Of a stretch of 57,578 nt of DNA, positions 28,129 through 38,700 are shown piece after piece. How positions within the stretch are numbered: position 1 is the first letter of the stretch; every line of letters begins with the position of its first letter. The stretch spans positions 1-57,578 of the IMG/VR virus record IMGVR_UViG_3300019752_000009; one strand, written 5' to 3'. A program made the position numbers and the translations under genes. The notes below the pieces were generated by a model, which was given only the letters and a program-made list of their open reading frames with translations, did no database searches and was not told the DNA's origin. This stretch comes from a virus (taxonomy: Duplodnaviria; Caudoviricetes).

Positions 28129-28653
28129 ATGGCATTTGTGGTTGAGGATGGCACTGGATTAAGTGATGCCAATGCTTATATAACGGTACAGGAATATAAG
28201 GATTATCACTCAGATTATGGTAATGCTGATTATGATCCGTTAGATGATGCGCTAATTAAACAATACATTCTCAATGCAACACAATATATGGATGGGGAAT
28301 ATATTGGTAGATATGGTGGTCAAAAAACAAAGTTTGAACAAGCTTTATTATTCCCCCGTGCTTGGTTAGAAGATGAAGATGGTTATACGGTTAATTCTGA
28401 TGAAGTTCCTTTAAAGGTAAAGCAAGCTTGTTGTGAGTTCTCATATTTATATAAAACACAAGGCTTTATCTACCAAGATATTGATAAGGATTCTTTTATT
28501 GAAGAATTAAAGCTTGATACGATGGAGGTTGTGTATTCAGAAGACTCACTTAATTACCCGTCGAGACTTATCAAAACCTACACTAAAGCTGATAGTTTAT
28601 TAAAAGCTTATTTAGGTGGTGGGGTTGGTGGTATCACAGCTTGGAGAGGGTGA
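28129..28653 (+). CDS. Head-tail adaptor (phage DnaT-like family)
   Basis: MAFVVEDGTGLSDANAYITV, QALLFPR, VPLKVKQACCE. Confidence 0.85.
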   Translation: MAFVVEDGTGLSDANAYITVQEYKDYHSDYGNADYDPLDDALIKQYILNATQYMDGEYIGRYGGQKTKFEQALLFPRAWLEDEDGYTVNSDEVPLKVKQACCEFSYLYKTQGFIYQDIDKDSFIEELKLDTMEVVYSEDSLNYPSRLIKTYTKADSLLKAYLGGGVGGITAWRG

Positions 28654-28656
28654 TTA

Positions 28657-29106
28657 GTGTCAACATATCTATCGGGTGAAGCTGAAACACAAAAACACAT
28701 ACAGTATTTGATAGCAAGCCATTCTGCACTTGATGACATTATTATTATGTACAACAATGCAAAAATACCAACCGACAGTAGTGCTGAGTTTGTAAGAATA
28801 TTTTTTAACCATGGCTCAGAAAGAACAAATGAAATAGGCAATAGATTCAATGTGAGCAGGGCAAGTGGTGGGTTTATTCAAATAGACATCCTCGTTCCCG
28901 AGGACAGTGGAACACTAAGAACCGCTGTTATTGCTGATATATTTACAGATCTATTCCATGGCTACCAACAGAATCACCTGTCAATACGACCTAAAAGTTT
29001 TTCTGGCATACCGCAAGCTGTGCAATTTGAGGGAAGCAATGCGGGTTACTTTGTCAAAACAGTTAGCTTTCCAATAGAGAGAGACACAGCAAGAAATAAA
29101 AACTAA
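28657..29106 (+). CDS. Tail terminator/completion protein (DUF4128-like)
   Basis: GFIQIDILVPEDSGT...AD; lies before tail tube. Confidence 0.7.
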   Translation: MSTYLSGEAETQKHIQYLIASHSALDDIIIMYNNAKIPTDSSAEFVRIFFNHGSERTNEIGNRFNVSRASGGFIQIDILVPEDSGTLRTAVIADIFTDLFHGYQQNHLSIRPKSFSGIPQAVQFEGSNAGYFVKTVSFPIERDTARNKN

Positions 29107-29153
29107 TATCTATTATTTAATTTATATAATAAAAACAAAAAGGTAAATAAATT

Positions 29154-30614
29154 ATGTCAGATTCAAGTGCAGTTAGCATACGCTATGTAGAACAAACCAC
29201 AGCGGGTGTGTTGCCGACAGATACTCGCACAGGTATATTTAGTGCGGTAGCAACTGGTAACAAAATTACCCATGCAGCAGCAGGTAACAAGTTCGATGGT
29301 TTATCCGTTGGACAAAAAATTACAACAGCAGGTAGTGCTGTTCCTGCTAATAACGCAGAACTAACTATTGTTAGTATTAACTTAACATTAGATCCGCAAG
29401 AGGTTGTGGTCAGTGGTGCAACATTGGTTGATGCATCAGATATCACAAGTATTGAGACACCACCAACTATGCGTGGGATATTTATGACTGGTGAAAGTTT
29501 GAATGATAGCGAAAGTTTAAACTCGTCTGGTGGAATCCGTGCTGATTTAAATATGTATAATGGACGTGTTACTAAACGCACTATTGGCGGTAGTATTAAC
29601 TTCGAGTTCAAGAATGATTTAGCCCATGATGACTTCTTGGCAGCAGCAATAACAAGTGATGGGTTTGGTACAGAAACATCCTTCACTGGTTCTATAGAGA
29701 TTGTTTCGGGTACAAGTCGTGTTGAAATTGCAGCAGCATCTAATGCTTTTGCTGATGTTAAGGTCGGTCAGGTTTTAAAGCTAACTGGTAGTGTAACAAA
29801 CACTGAAGATAGCTATCTATTAGAAGTTGTCTCTATTGATACAACAGGCGATCCACACTTTATAACATTCAATGAGATCAATGGGTATACAATGGTTGAT
29901 GAAGTTATAGCTGCGGGAACAATAAAGGGTAAGATGATGCGTAATGGTACATCGTGTCGTCGCTTTATGATGGAGAAAGAATTTCGCCCATCATGTAGTG
30001 GTTCTGATGACTACAACTGGTTATTCGAAGATATGTTTGTTGATACATACAACCTAACCGCCACAGCCAATGAGAAACTAACTGGTGATATTGGTTTCAT
30101 GGGTAGCGGTGTAAGAACATCAAGCGAACCTGCTATACCATTTGCGGGAACTGTAATTGATGAATCAACAGCGGATTACATTAACGCTGCTGACAACTTA
30201 ACAGTAATTAAAGATAATGCAGCGACCACAACTTCATTTTTAATTAATGATTTTAGTATTGCAATTGCATCGAGAGCGCGTGAAATTCCTGCAATCGGTT
30301 ATTTGTATAATGCAGGACATGGTTTAAATTCATTGAATTTAACATTATCACTTACAATGTACTTCAATAACGCCGCATCTTACAATTCATACAGAAATGA
30401 GGATAAGATATTTCCACGTTTAGTGGCTGTCGATCCTACCAATGGTACAACATATATCTATTCGTTCCCTAGCACTATATTGTCTGGTGGTGATTTATCA
30501 GGTGCTGCACTTGATGCTAACTACACCATCTCCTATGGTGCAACCGAGGCACGATTGTTCACTGATAGCACTGGTGAAACATACACTGTACAGGTTGATA
30601 AAATAGAAGCTTAA
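29154..30614 (+). CDS. Major tail tube protein
   Basis: SIRYVEQTTAG..P, TGESL, IR.D, GGSINFE, F..EKEF; position before chaperone and tape measure. Confidence 0.8.
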   Translation: MSDSSAVSIRYVEQTTAGVLPTDTRTGIFSAVATGNKITHAAAGNKFDGLSVGQKITTAGSAVPANNAELTIVSINLTLDPQEVVVSGATLVDASDITSIETPPTMRGIFMTGESLNDSESLNSSGGIRADLNMYNGRVTKRTIGGSINFEFKNDLAHDDFLAAAITSDGFGTETSFTGSIEIVSGTSRVEIAAASNAFADVKVGQVLKLTGSVTNTEDSYLLEVVSIDTTGDPHFITFNEINGYTMVDEVIAAGTIKGKMMRNGTSCRRFMMEKEFRPSCSGSDDYNWLFEDMFVDTYNLTATANEKLTGDIGFMGSGVRTSSEPAIPFAGTVIDESTADYINAADNLTVIKDNAATTTSFLINDFSIAIASRAREIPAIGYLYNAGHGLNSLNLTLSLTMYFNNAASYNSYRNEDKIFPRLVAVDPTNGTTYIYSFPSTILSGGDLSGAALDANYTISYGATEARLFTDSTGETYTVQVDKIEA

Positions 30615-30643
30615 CCTTTCATTAGGTTTTAAGTAAAGATGAC

Positions 30644-30668
30644 AAGCCACCATATCGGTGGCTTTTTT
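30644..30668 (+). terminator. Rho-independent terminator
   Basis: aagccacc-atatc-ggtggctt plus T-run. Confidence 0.85.
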
Positions 30669-30729
30669 GTTTCTATTCCTTTACGCGCTATATTTTAAAG
30701 CACGAAATAATAAAGTGGAGACTTTAACG

Positions 30730-31254
30730 ATGGCATTTGTAATGGATGAATTGCTCCGAGATAAAGGGGTTATTGAAGCTGGTGTATGGAAATCTGTAGA
30801 GAAAACCGAAGACTTTAAAGGTATTAGGTTGCGTGTAACTCACGTAGATAGTGAATTCTTTGAGTTAGAACGTGAAAGATACGCTAAAAGAAATAAAGAT
30901 AGGGTTAAATCTTTAGAACAAGATGGTATTCACGTAGAAAAAGAAGAAAATAGAACAGAAGAACAAGATAGGATTGTTTTACGCGCAAACAAAGAGCGTA
31001 ATCGTGACTGGTGCGGGGTTGTAGCCAATCATTTAGTGTTTGATTGGGAAGGTATAACCGACACTAATGGTAATGCTGTACCTTATGATGCGAAATTCCT
31101 TGCAACCTTATTTTCGGAAAATGAAGATCTACTTGTTGAGGTTCAATCATGGTGTTCAAGTTCTTTAAACTTTACAAAGAAAAACGCACCTAAACAAGAG
31201 GTTGCTACACAAGAGGATGTTAATCAAACGGTAAAGCAATTTCCGAATGGTTAG
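30730..31254 (+). CDS. Tail assembly chaperone (gpG-like)
   Basis: GVW, LVFDWEGITD..G..VPY; GGAG RBS before ATG 30730. Confidence 0.75.
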   Translation: MAFVMDELLRDKGVIEAGVWKSVEKTEDFKGIRLRVTHVDSEFFELERERYAKRNKDRVKSLEQDGIHVEKEENRTEEQDRIVLRANKERNRDWCGVVANHLVFDWEGITDTNGNAVPYDAKFLATLFSENEDLLVEVQSWCSSSLNFTKKNAPKQEVATQEDVNQTVKQFPNG

Positions 31255-31598
31255 ACTGGTATCATCTACATGGGGATAATATAAAGGGTATTAACTCTTT
31301 CCTAAAAAGAGGTCATGGGCATGAAGCTTTAGAGAGCTACAGCCCCCTTACTGACTTTGAAAGAACAATATATTATTACTTTGTAGATGTTTGCTCTTGG
31401 AGGCAATCTACGGGGATGGGGCTTAATACTGTAGGCGGTGAAACATTAAGATTTTGGCTTGAGTTGAATGGTAATAAAACATTCTATACTGACAACCAAC
31501 TGATTAATATAATTCACCGAATAGATCATTACGATCTAGGTAAGCACCACGAGAAGATGAAAAAAGAACGGGAACATAATAAAAACAATAATAAATGA
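31230..31598 (+). CDS. gpT-like extension reached by -1 frameshift
   Basis: -1 frame open 31224-31598; G GTA AAG slippery-like site 31230-31236; WRQSTGMG motif. Confidence 0.65.
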   Translation, partial: GKAISEWLDWYHLHGDNIKGINSFLKRGHGHEALESYSPLTDFERTIYYYFVDVCSWRQSTGMGLNTVGGETLRFWLELNGNKTFYTDNQLINIIHRIDHYDLGKHHEKMKKEREHNKNNNK

Positions 31599-31629
31599 TA
31601 AAAATAAGAAAGACGTTCCCTCTTTTTCG

Positions 31630-31655
31630 TACCTGCTTAACGCGGGTATTTTTTT
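31630..31655 (+). terminator. Rho-independent terminator
   Basis: tacctgc-ttaac-gcgggta plus T-run. Confidence 0.75.
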
Positions 31656-31690
31656 GTTTATTATTTTGAATTTATTATAAGGAAAAGAGA

Positions 31691-32083
31691 ATGACAGAAA
31701 TACAGTCAGAATTACATAATTCATATTTATCTATGTTGAGTAGCGCAGATGAAGTACATAAGTTAAACGAACAAATGAAACGTCAAGTTATTAATTATTG
31801 GCGTAAAAACTTTCTACATGACAACTATATTGCTGAATATATCAATAATGAGGTAACTATTGATGTTGAATTACAAGTGGTTGGTTCTAAAGTTGTGTCT
31901 ATAAAGTATTTATTATTTAAGAATGGAAATCTTTATTCTATCGCTGAAACAAATGATGACCACAAACATTCGAATTGCAGATGGTTTATATATAGGGCTG
32001 GTGATAAAAAACCAAACACACCGAAATTCCGTACAGAAAAAAATAAATATGTTATCAAACAACTTGCAAACTTCATAGGATAG
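31691..32083 (+). CDS. Hypothetical protein
   Basis: AAGGA RBS. Confidence 0.7.
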   Translation: MTEIQSELHNSYLSMLSSADEVHKLNEQMKRQVINYWRKNFLHDNYIAEYINNEVTIDVELQVVGSKVVSIKYLLFKNGNLYSIAETNDDHKHSNCRWFIYRAGDKKPNTPKFRTEKNKYVIKQLANFIG

Positions 32084-32088
32084 AGAGA

Positions 32089-32334
32089 ATGACAGAAAAC
32101 ATAAAAGGATACCGCACACTAGACCAAAGTGATATCCAATTAATAAATGACATAAAAAGCATTGAAGAAAATTTAGGTTGTTTTATTAAATCTGAATTAT
32201 CAAGCGATGGAGATTATGATCAGGTTTTAATATCAAAAGCCTGTAGTGAATTAATGAGCGGTTTTATGCTACTTAATAGAGCTGTGGCTAAACCAAATAA
32301 CCCATATCCACAGTTTAAAGCTAAGAAGAAATAA
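32089..32334 (+). CDS. acb2: Acb2-like cyclic-oligonucleotide sponge (anti-CBASS)
   Basis: IKGYRTL.Q..I.L.N.IK and G.M.L.RAVA.P match Acb2 as recalled (IKGYRDLSQEEIDMMNRVK...GMMAIIRAIAQP). Confidence 0.8.
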   Translation: MTENIKGYRTLDQSDIQLINDIKSIEENLGCFIKSELSSDGDYDQVLISKACSELMSGFMLLNRAVAKPNNPYPQFKAKKK

Positions 32335-32345
32335 TTAATTAGCAC

Positions 32346-32370
32346 AAAAAAGCCAGCAATTAGCTGGCTT
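32346..32370 (-). terminator. Terminator between convergent genes
   Basis: A6-gccagc-aatta-gctggc-tt. Confidence 0.75.
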
Positions 32371-32376
32371 CAATTT

Positions 32377-32607
32377 CTAATTAATTCTTTCAATATCTAC
32401 AATCCTACCCTTTAAACCATAATTGTATATAGCGTCACGCGCTTCTTCTATTGTCATCACAACATCAGCTTGCTTTTTATCTACCAAGTGTACTGAATGT
32501 TTATCTTTATTTATTTGATAGTAAGCGCGTTTACCATGAGTAATAAAGTAAATAAAACCAATAAGTGTAAGTGATGCTGATATTTTACACACTGTTGCAG
32601 AATACAT
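32377..32607 (-). CDS. Hypothetical protein (moron-like)
   Basis: AAGGT RBS; own TTGACA-17-TAGTAT promoter (32672-32644) and terminator. Confidence 0.65.
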   Translation of the reverse strand: MYSATVCKISASLTLIGFIYFITHGKRAYYQINKDKHSVHLVDKKQADVVMTIEEARDAIYNYGLKGRIVDIERIN

Positions 32608-32722
32608 AACAATTACCTTTCGTGGGTTGGTGTATTAAAGAGAATACTAGTATACGTGTTGGCATGTGTCAATAACTATATTTTGAATAATACTGAAAAT
32701 ATAATAATAAAGAGAGTATACA

Positions 32723-35700
32723 ATGGATTTTAACGCCTCAATAAATATTGCAGTTGACGCAAGAAACGCTAAGCGTAGCGTTGATGGCGTTGTAAGCTCA
32801 TTAGACTCTCTAATCTCGTCCACCGAAAGGATGGACAGTAAATTACTTAAATTAAACAATTCATTCTCTAAAACCAGTAGTTATGCATCAACCGCAAGTT
32901 CTGAGCTATCAAAGTTAGGTAAAACATATTCCAGAACCTCTGAGATGGCAGGTAAAGCTAGTTTAAGAGTTGATAAGTTAAGTAAAAACCTATCATCAAG
33001 TGTAAGTGATGTGAAATCCACAGCAGAAGCTTTTGCTGCTTTCAATAAAGTACTGAGTCGCACTGGAAAAATGAAGCCGCTTAAATTAGAAACAAGCGGT
33101 ATGAAAAAAAGTGTTGATGATCTTATCACTGCAATCAAACCTCTAGCAGGTGCTCTCAATAGAGCAACAACCGCTGCATTAAAAAATGATGACGCTATTA
33201 AATCCCTTACTGAAACATATCGCTCATACGCAACAGCTTTACGCAAAGCAAGTTCTGCACAAGATAAGATTTCTAAGTCAAATAAAGATTCCTCTAAATC
33301 AGCAAACCAATTAAATGATAGATTATCTGCATTGGAAACGAGGCAACGTTCTACTAATAAAACTATATCTGAAACTAGAACAGTAACATCGCAAACAACA
33401 AAATCATTTAGCGGTATGACTGGTAGAGCTGGTTTATTAGGTGCCGCGATTGGAACTTTAGTGGGTGGGTTTACCGCATTAAAAGCTGTCATGTCCACAG
33501 GTATTGAGTTTGAAGCGCAAATGTCTAAAGTTCAAGCTATCACAGGGGCTACGAAAGAAGACTTAGAAGAATTAACGGCAGCAGCCCGTGAAATGGGTGC
33601 AACAACTCAGTTCTCTGCTACAGAATCCGCACAAGCTTTAGAATTTATGGGGCTAGCTGGTTTTACAGCAGATCAGGCTATCAAGGCACTCCCTCACACA
33701 TTAAGCTTGGCAGCAGCAAGCGGTATGGATTTGGCTTCTACAGCAGATATTGTTACAAACCAAATGACAGCGTTGCAAATGTCTGTAGAGGAATTACCAC
33801 AAGTTGTTGATCACTTTGCGGCTGTGACAACAACATCTAATACAAACATGCGTCAGTTGGCTGACTCCGCAAAATACGCAGCACCTATTTTTGCAGAAGC
33901 TGGTTATAACATATCCACTATGACCGCATCAATAGGTATGATGGCGAACATTGGTATTCAGGGAACAATGAGTGGTACAGCATTACGTGGGGCAATATCT
34001 CGCTTGGCCAAACCCCCTAAAATGGCTGCTGATTCATTAAAAGAACTAGGTATTTCTGCTAAGGATGCTAACAATGATATGAAGCCATTGGGCGATGTTA
34101 TGCAAGAGCTGTCAGAAAAATTCAAGGGTATGGGTAATGCGGTTAGATTAGGTCATATAAAAACAATCTTTGGTATGGAAGCGATGACAGGAATGTCAGG
34201 ACTTATTACTCAGTCTGAAACTTTTTCAAAAAAAGTTTTGGAGGGTCAAGCTAACATAGAAAACTTTAGTAAAGCTATGTCTGGTTTAGCCTCACCATCT
34301 GAAAAAGCAAGAGCTGAACTTCATAGTTTGGGTGTTGTGTTAGCTGATAATAAAGGTAAAGCAACATCATCACAGGAAAGATTCAATCAACTTGCCCACA
34401 GCCTTAAGGATTTAAATGCCGATAAACAAGCCGCCAGTCTCAAGAAAATATTCGGGGATGATATCCCAGCAAGTATAGCTAAGACTATCGAATCAACTGA
34501 GCTGTTGAGTGGTGAACTTACTATACAAGATGGTGTTGTAGTTAAAACAACAACCAAGTTCAAAGACTATGAAAAGCAGTTGAATTCCATGACAGGTACA
34601 GCCAATCGCATGGCTAAAATTATGTCTGATAACGTTAAAGGTGCTATCAAGACTATGAATTCTAGTTTTGAAAGCTTGGCTTTAACATCCTTTGATTTTA
34701 TGAAGGATGATTTGCGAGATGTTGTGGACTGGATTACAAATGGTGTTAGGGCTGCTGACGATTTCCTTAAGTCTATACAGGAGTGGAATAGCGAAGGGTT
34801 TACAGCTAGTGGTGAATATGATGAGTTTTTCACTAGAATTCAGCGTGGCTGGGATAATGTCCTTTATCTTTTTTATGATGTAAGGAATAGTTTCACTGAT
34901 TTCATTAATGAAATGAATGATGGGCAAACCAATTTTATGTCTGTAACAGATACAATAATAAGTGGTTGGGAGATGTTGGGCGGCTTTTTAAATAACTTAC
35001 CCAATGTTATAAGCGACATATCCACAGAACTGCATGGAGCTGATAATGCAGCTTCTGGATTTATAGATTCTATGTTTGAAGGTCGGACATTATCAGAAGT
35101 ATTTAGCGACGCAATAACTGAGTTAGCTCATTTCGACACAATGCTGGACTCCACTAAAGCTATATTTGCAGATTTGGCTAACTCTGCATGGGAAAGGTTA
35201 AGTGCTGTATTTCAGAAAATACCCGCTCAGGCTGGGATAGCATGGGAGAAGGTTAAGCAGTACGGTGAATATTCTTTTCTTAAGTTGCAAGCTTCATTTA
35301 CGGAACATGCAATAGTTCCAATAGGTAAGGGTATACTAAGCCTTCAAGGATCGTTTGCTAAGGTTCAAGCTTTTGCTGGTAATGTTTCTAATAAAATAAA
35401 ATCTGCATTCCTAAGTGGGTTTCAGGTTATTATAAAAGCGTTAATGTCTGTTACAGATGAAGCTGGTGCTATAGCATCTAAACTAGATAATATTGCTGGA
35501 ACAAACACGGCTGCCGCATTTAGCGGGATGCGTGACTCGCTAGGCGGGGTGAATTTAGCGTTAGTGAAGGGTAAAGCAAACCTTACTGATTACGATGCGC
35601 AATTAAGAGTTAATCTATCAACTATAGAAGGTGAGAAAGCAGCTCTTAATGCTAGTGCTAAAGCAGCACATGATCATGCTGATTCTGTATTAAATAGCAA

Positions 35701-38700
35701 AAACGCAAACATTAAAGCTTATGAATCAGAAATAAATGCAATAGATGAACGTGCCGATGCATCTATTAAAGCATCAGAAGCAGTAGCAATGGCAGCTATA
35801 AAAGAACACGATGCAGCTAAAGAGCAAACACGCTTAAATGTGGAAATGAATAAATCTAAGAGTGATGCTGTGCGTGAAGGTAAAAAGTTTAACGCTGAAA
35901 AAGAGCGTGAAGCAGAAGCCACTGCTCGCGCTCAAAAAGCTAAGAAAGCAGAGAGTGATGCAACAGGCGCATTAGCTAACGCAGCAAACGATGCATCAAA
36001 CGCCACTGATAAGTTAGCTAAGTCAAACTCAAAAATGAGCAAGAGTGCCAAGGTTGCAGTTAGCGACATTGACAAACTAATAAACGGCTTACAAAAGCAA
36101 GCTGATTTAGCTGGTTTAACTGCTGAGCAAAAGTTATCTGTAAAGATAGAGCAAGCAGGTATCAAGTCAGGCTTAAGCCCCTCTGAAATAGAAGAGCAAA
36201 AGGTTAAAGCATTAGGTTTACGTAAAGAAGCTCAAAGCAAAAAAGAATTAGCATCTATACGGAAAATGCAGAAAGAGCATGAAAAAAATGTTAAATACAG
36301 CATGTTATCAGAAAAAGAAGCTGCTAAGCAAAAATGGATTGACAAAAAATCCGTGACAGGTGAAAACGATAAACAGCTTGCTTTAATGTACGACCAGATT
36401 CACGCGCAAGAAGAACTAAATAAAGCGACAAAAGAGAATCGTGAAGAGTGGAAAAGGATTGGGGAATCCGTGCAGAGTAGTATTGGTGATATTCTAACAG
36501 GTGCGAAATCCACAAAAGACGCTTTTAAAGATATCGGTAAGATGTTTGCTGATATGGCAACTAAAAAAGCTATGGAAGGATTGTTTGGTGATCCTGCTAA
36601 AGGTGGTGGGCTGGGGAATATGTTTGCCAATTTGTTTGGCGGTGGGGGGGAGAGAAAAGAGTCCAGTGGAGATGGGTTTTGGAGTAATATATCAGATAAC
36701 TTTGGTTCGTTAATGAGCGGAAAGGATAAAGATGGTGAAAAAGTTGATATATTCGGTGGAATAAAGGATATGTTCACGGGTGGTAAAGAAGCACCTAGTG
36801 AAGGTTTTTTTGACTCTGTAACGAACTTATTCACTGGTGGTAAAAAACAATCAGGAGGTTTTTTTGAGTCAATATCCAACATGTTTTCAGGTGATGGTAA
36901 GGGTGGCGGTATATTTGACTCTATAGGGAAAATGTTTAGCGGCGACAGTAAAGGCGGCGGTATCATGGATACTATATCTGGATTTTTTGGTGGGGACAAG
37001 GATGGTGGTGGCATCATGGATACCATATCTGGTTTCTTTTCTAGTGATAGTGGTGGGGGTGATGGGATAATGAGTTCCATCGGTAAAATGTTTAGTAGTG
37101 GCGGTGATGCGGGGGGTGCTGGTGGCGGTATGGGCGGCGTTGGTGCAAGTGTTATGGCGGGCATATCTGGACTAGCCAGTGGTGACAATCAAGCTGCTGC
37201 ATCAGGAATATTGGGTGCTGCTGGTGGAGCTATAGGTGGTCCAGCTGGTCAAATGATAGGGCAATTCTTAGGTTCTAAGTTAGTCGGAAATTGGGTTGAG
37301 GAGGCAAGACATCTAACAGCATCCATAACAGACTTTAGTGGTGTATTTAAGACAAAGATAATAGAGGTTAACAAGGGTTGGGCTACAGGTGGTAAGCGCA
37401 CAAAGTATGAAGATGTTGATGATGCTGAAAATAAAAAACTACAAGCCATGCTTGAAAATGTTGTCACCATCTTGTCAAACACTGGCAAGCGCATAAACAA
37501 AACGCTCACAGAAGATTTTAAATTTTCTGGCGCGATTGACGTAGTGCATGAAGATACAGGCACGTTTGAAGAGCAATTTGCCAGTATGCAAGCTAGGATG
37601 ATAAAAGCTGCTGTAGCAGGAATGAATATCGCGGGTGTTGATAGAAATATTGGCGATGTTATGTTTGAAAACGTCAATGAAATGATGTTATCAGCTAGGG
37701 ACGGGGTTTATGATGCGGCATTCCAAGCTGAGTTATGGAGACCGGGGCAAACTGATAAAACTGATGCATTAGGCGGCAGTATTCGTGAAGGTGTTAATGA
37801 GTTAATAAACAGCACCGACTTTTCTGATATGTCATTCGAAGAGACCCAAGCTTTATTATCAGCCCACATCACAGAAGCAATGGGCGCGGAAAATATTAAT
37901 GTCCCTCAATCAAGTTTTGATAATATGGCTACGCAATTAGCTGAACAAATTGAAAGTGGCATGAAATGGCTTGCATCAACCGACGGGTTTATTGATCCAG
38001 ACGCTGATTTCCTAATGAACATTAAAGACTTAGTTCATCAATATGACTTGGGTTTAGGTTGGGAAGCTGGTGCAACCCCAGAGGAATTAAATAGTCTTAT
38101 AGCTGGCATGATCGACATGCGGGATAGCTTTAAAGTGTTTGGGTATGAAACAAAGTTTGTCACTAAATCGTTGATGGACGCATTTGGCGATGTTGAAACA
38201 CTTAGTGCTAACATGCAATCATTTCAGACTAACTTTTTATCAGAAACCCAACAAAATGCTGGTAAATATAAAGTACTGAATGACTCTGTTACGCGTTCAT
38301 TCCATGATTTAGGAATGCAGGTACCTAGAACACGTAGTCAGTTCAAGATGCTAATAGATGGTTTGGCGGATGATTTAGATAATCAAGAAAATCAGGAAAA
38401 ATTTGCAGCATTAATGGGTATGTCTGATGAATTAGCCCAATTATATGAATTGCAAACAAAAGGGATAGAGAAGGCGTCGGATGCCATCGAGGTTTTTGCA
38501 AGCAAAATGGAGGGTGCATGGCGTACAATAAGTTCTGCTGATATAGGCTCAATGCTAACAGATAGTATAATGAATGCAGCGAACGCTCAAGAGGCTGGGA
38601 AGGCTTTTGCTGATAATTTCGCACAAATGTTTCAACAAAAGATGGTTGATACAGTTATAACTACAGTGTCTGATATGGTATTTAATTCTATCATAACACC

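Noticed and set aside
30658-30729. GTG-started extension of the tail chaperone
   Set aside because: Overlaps terminator and late motif; RBS supports ATG 30730
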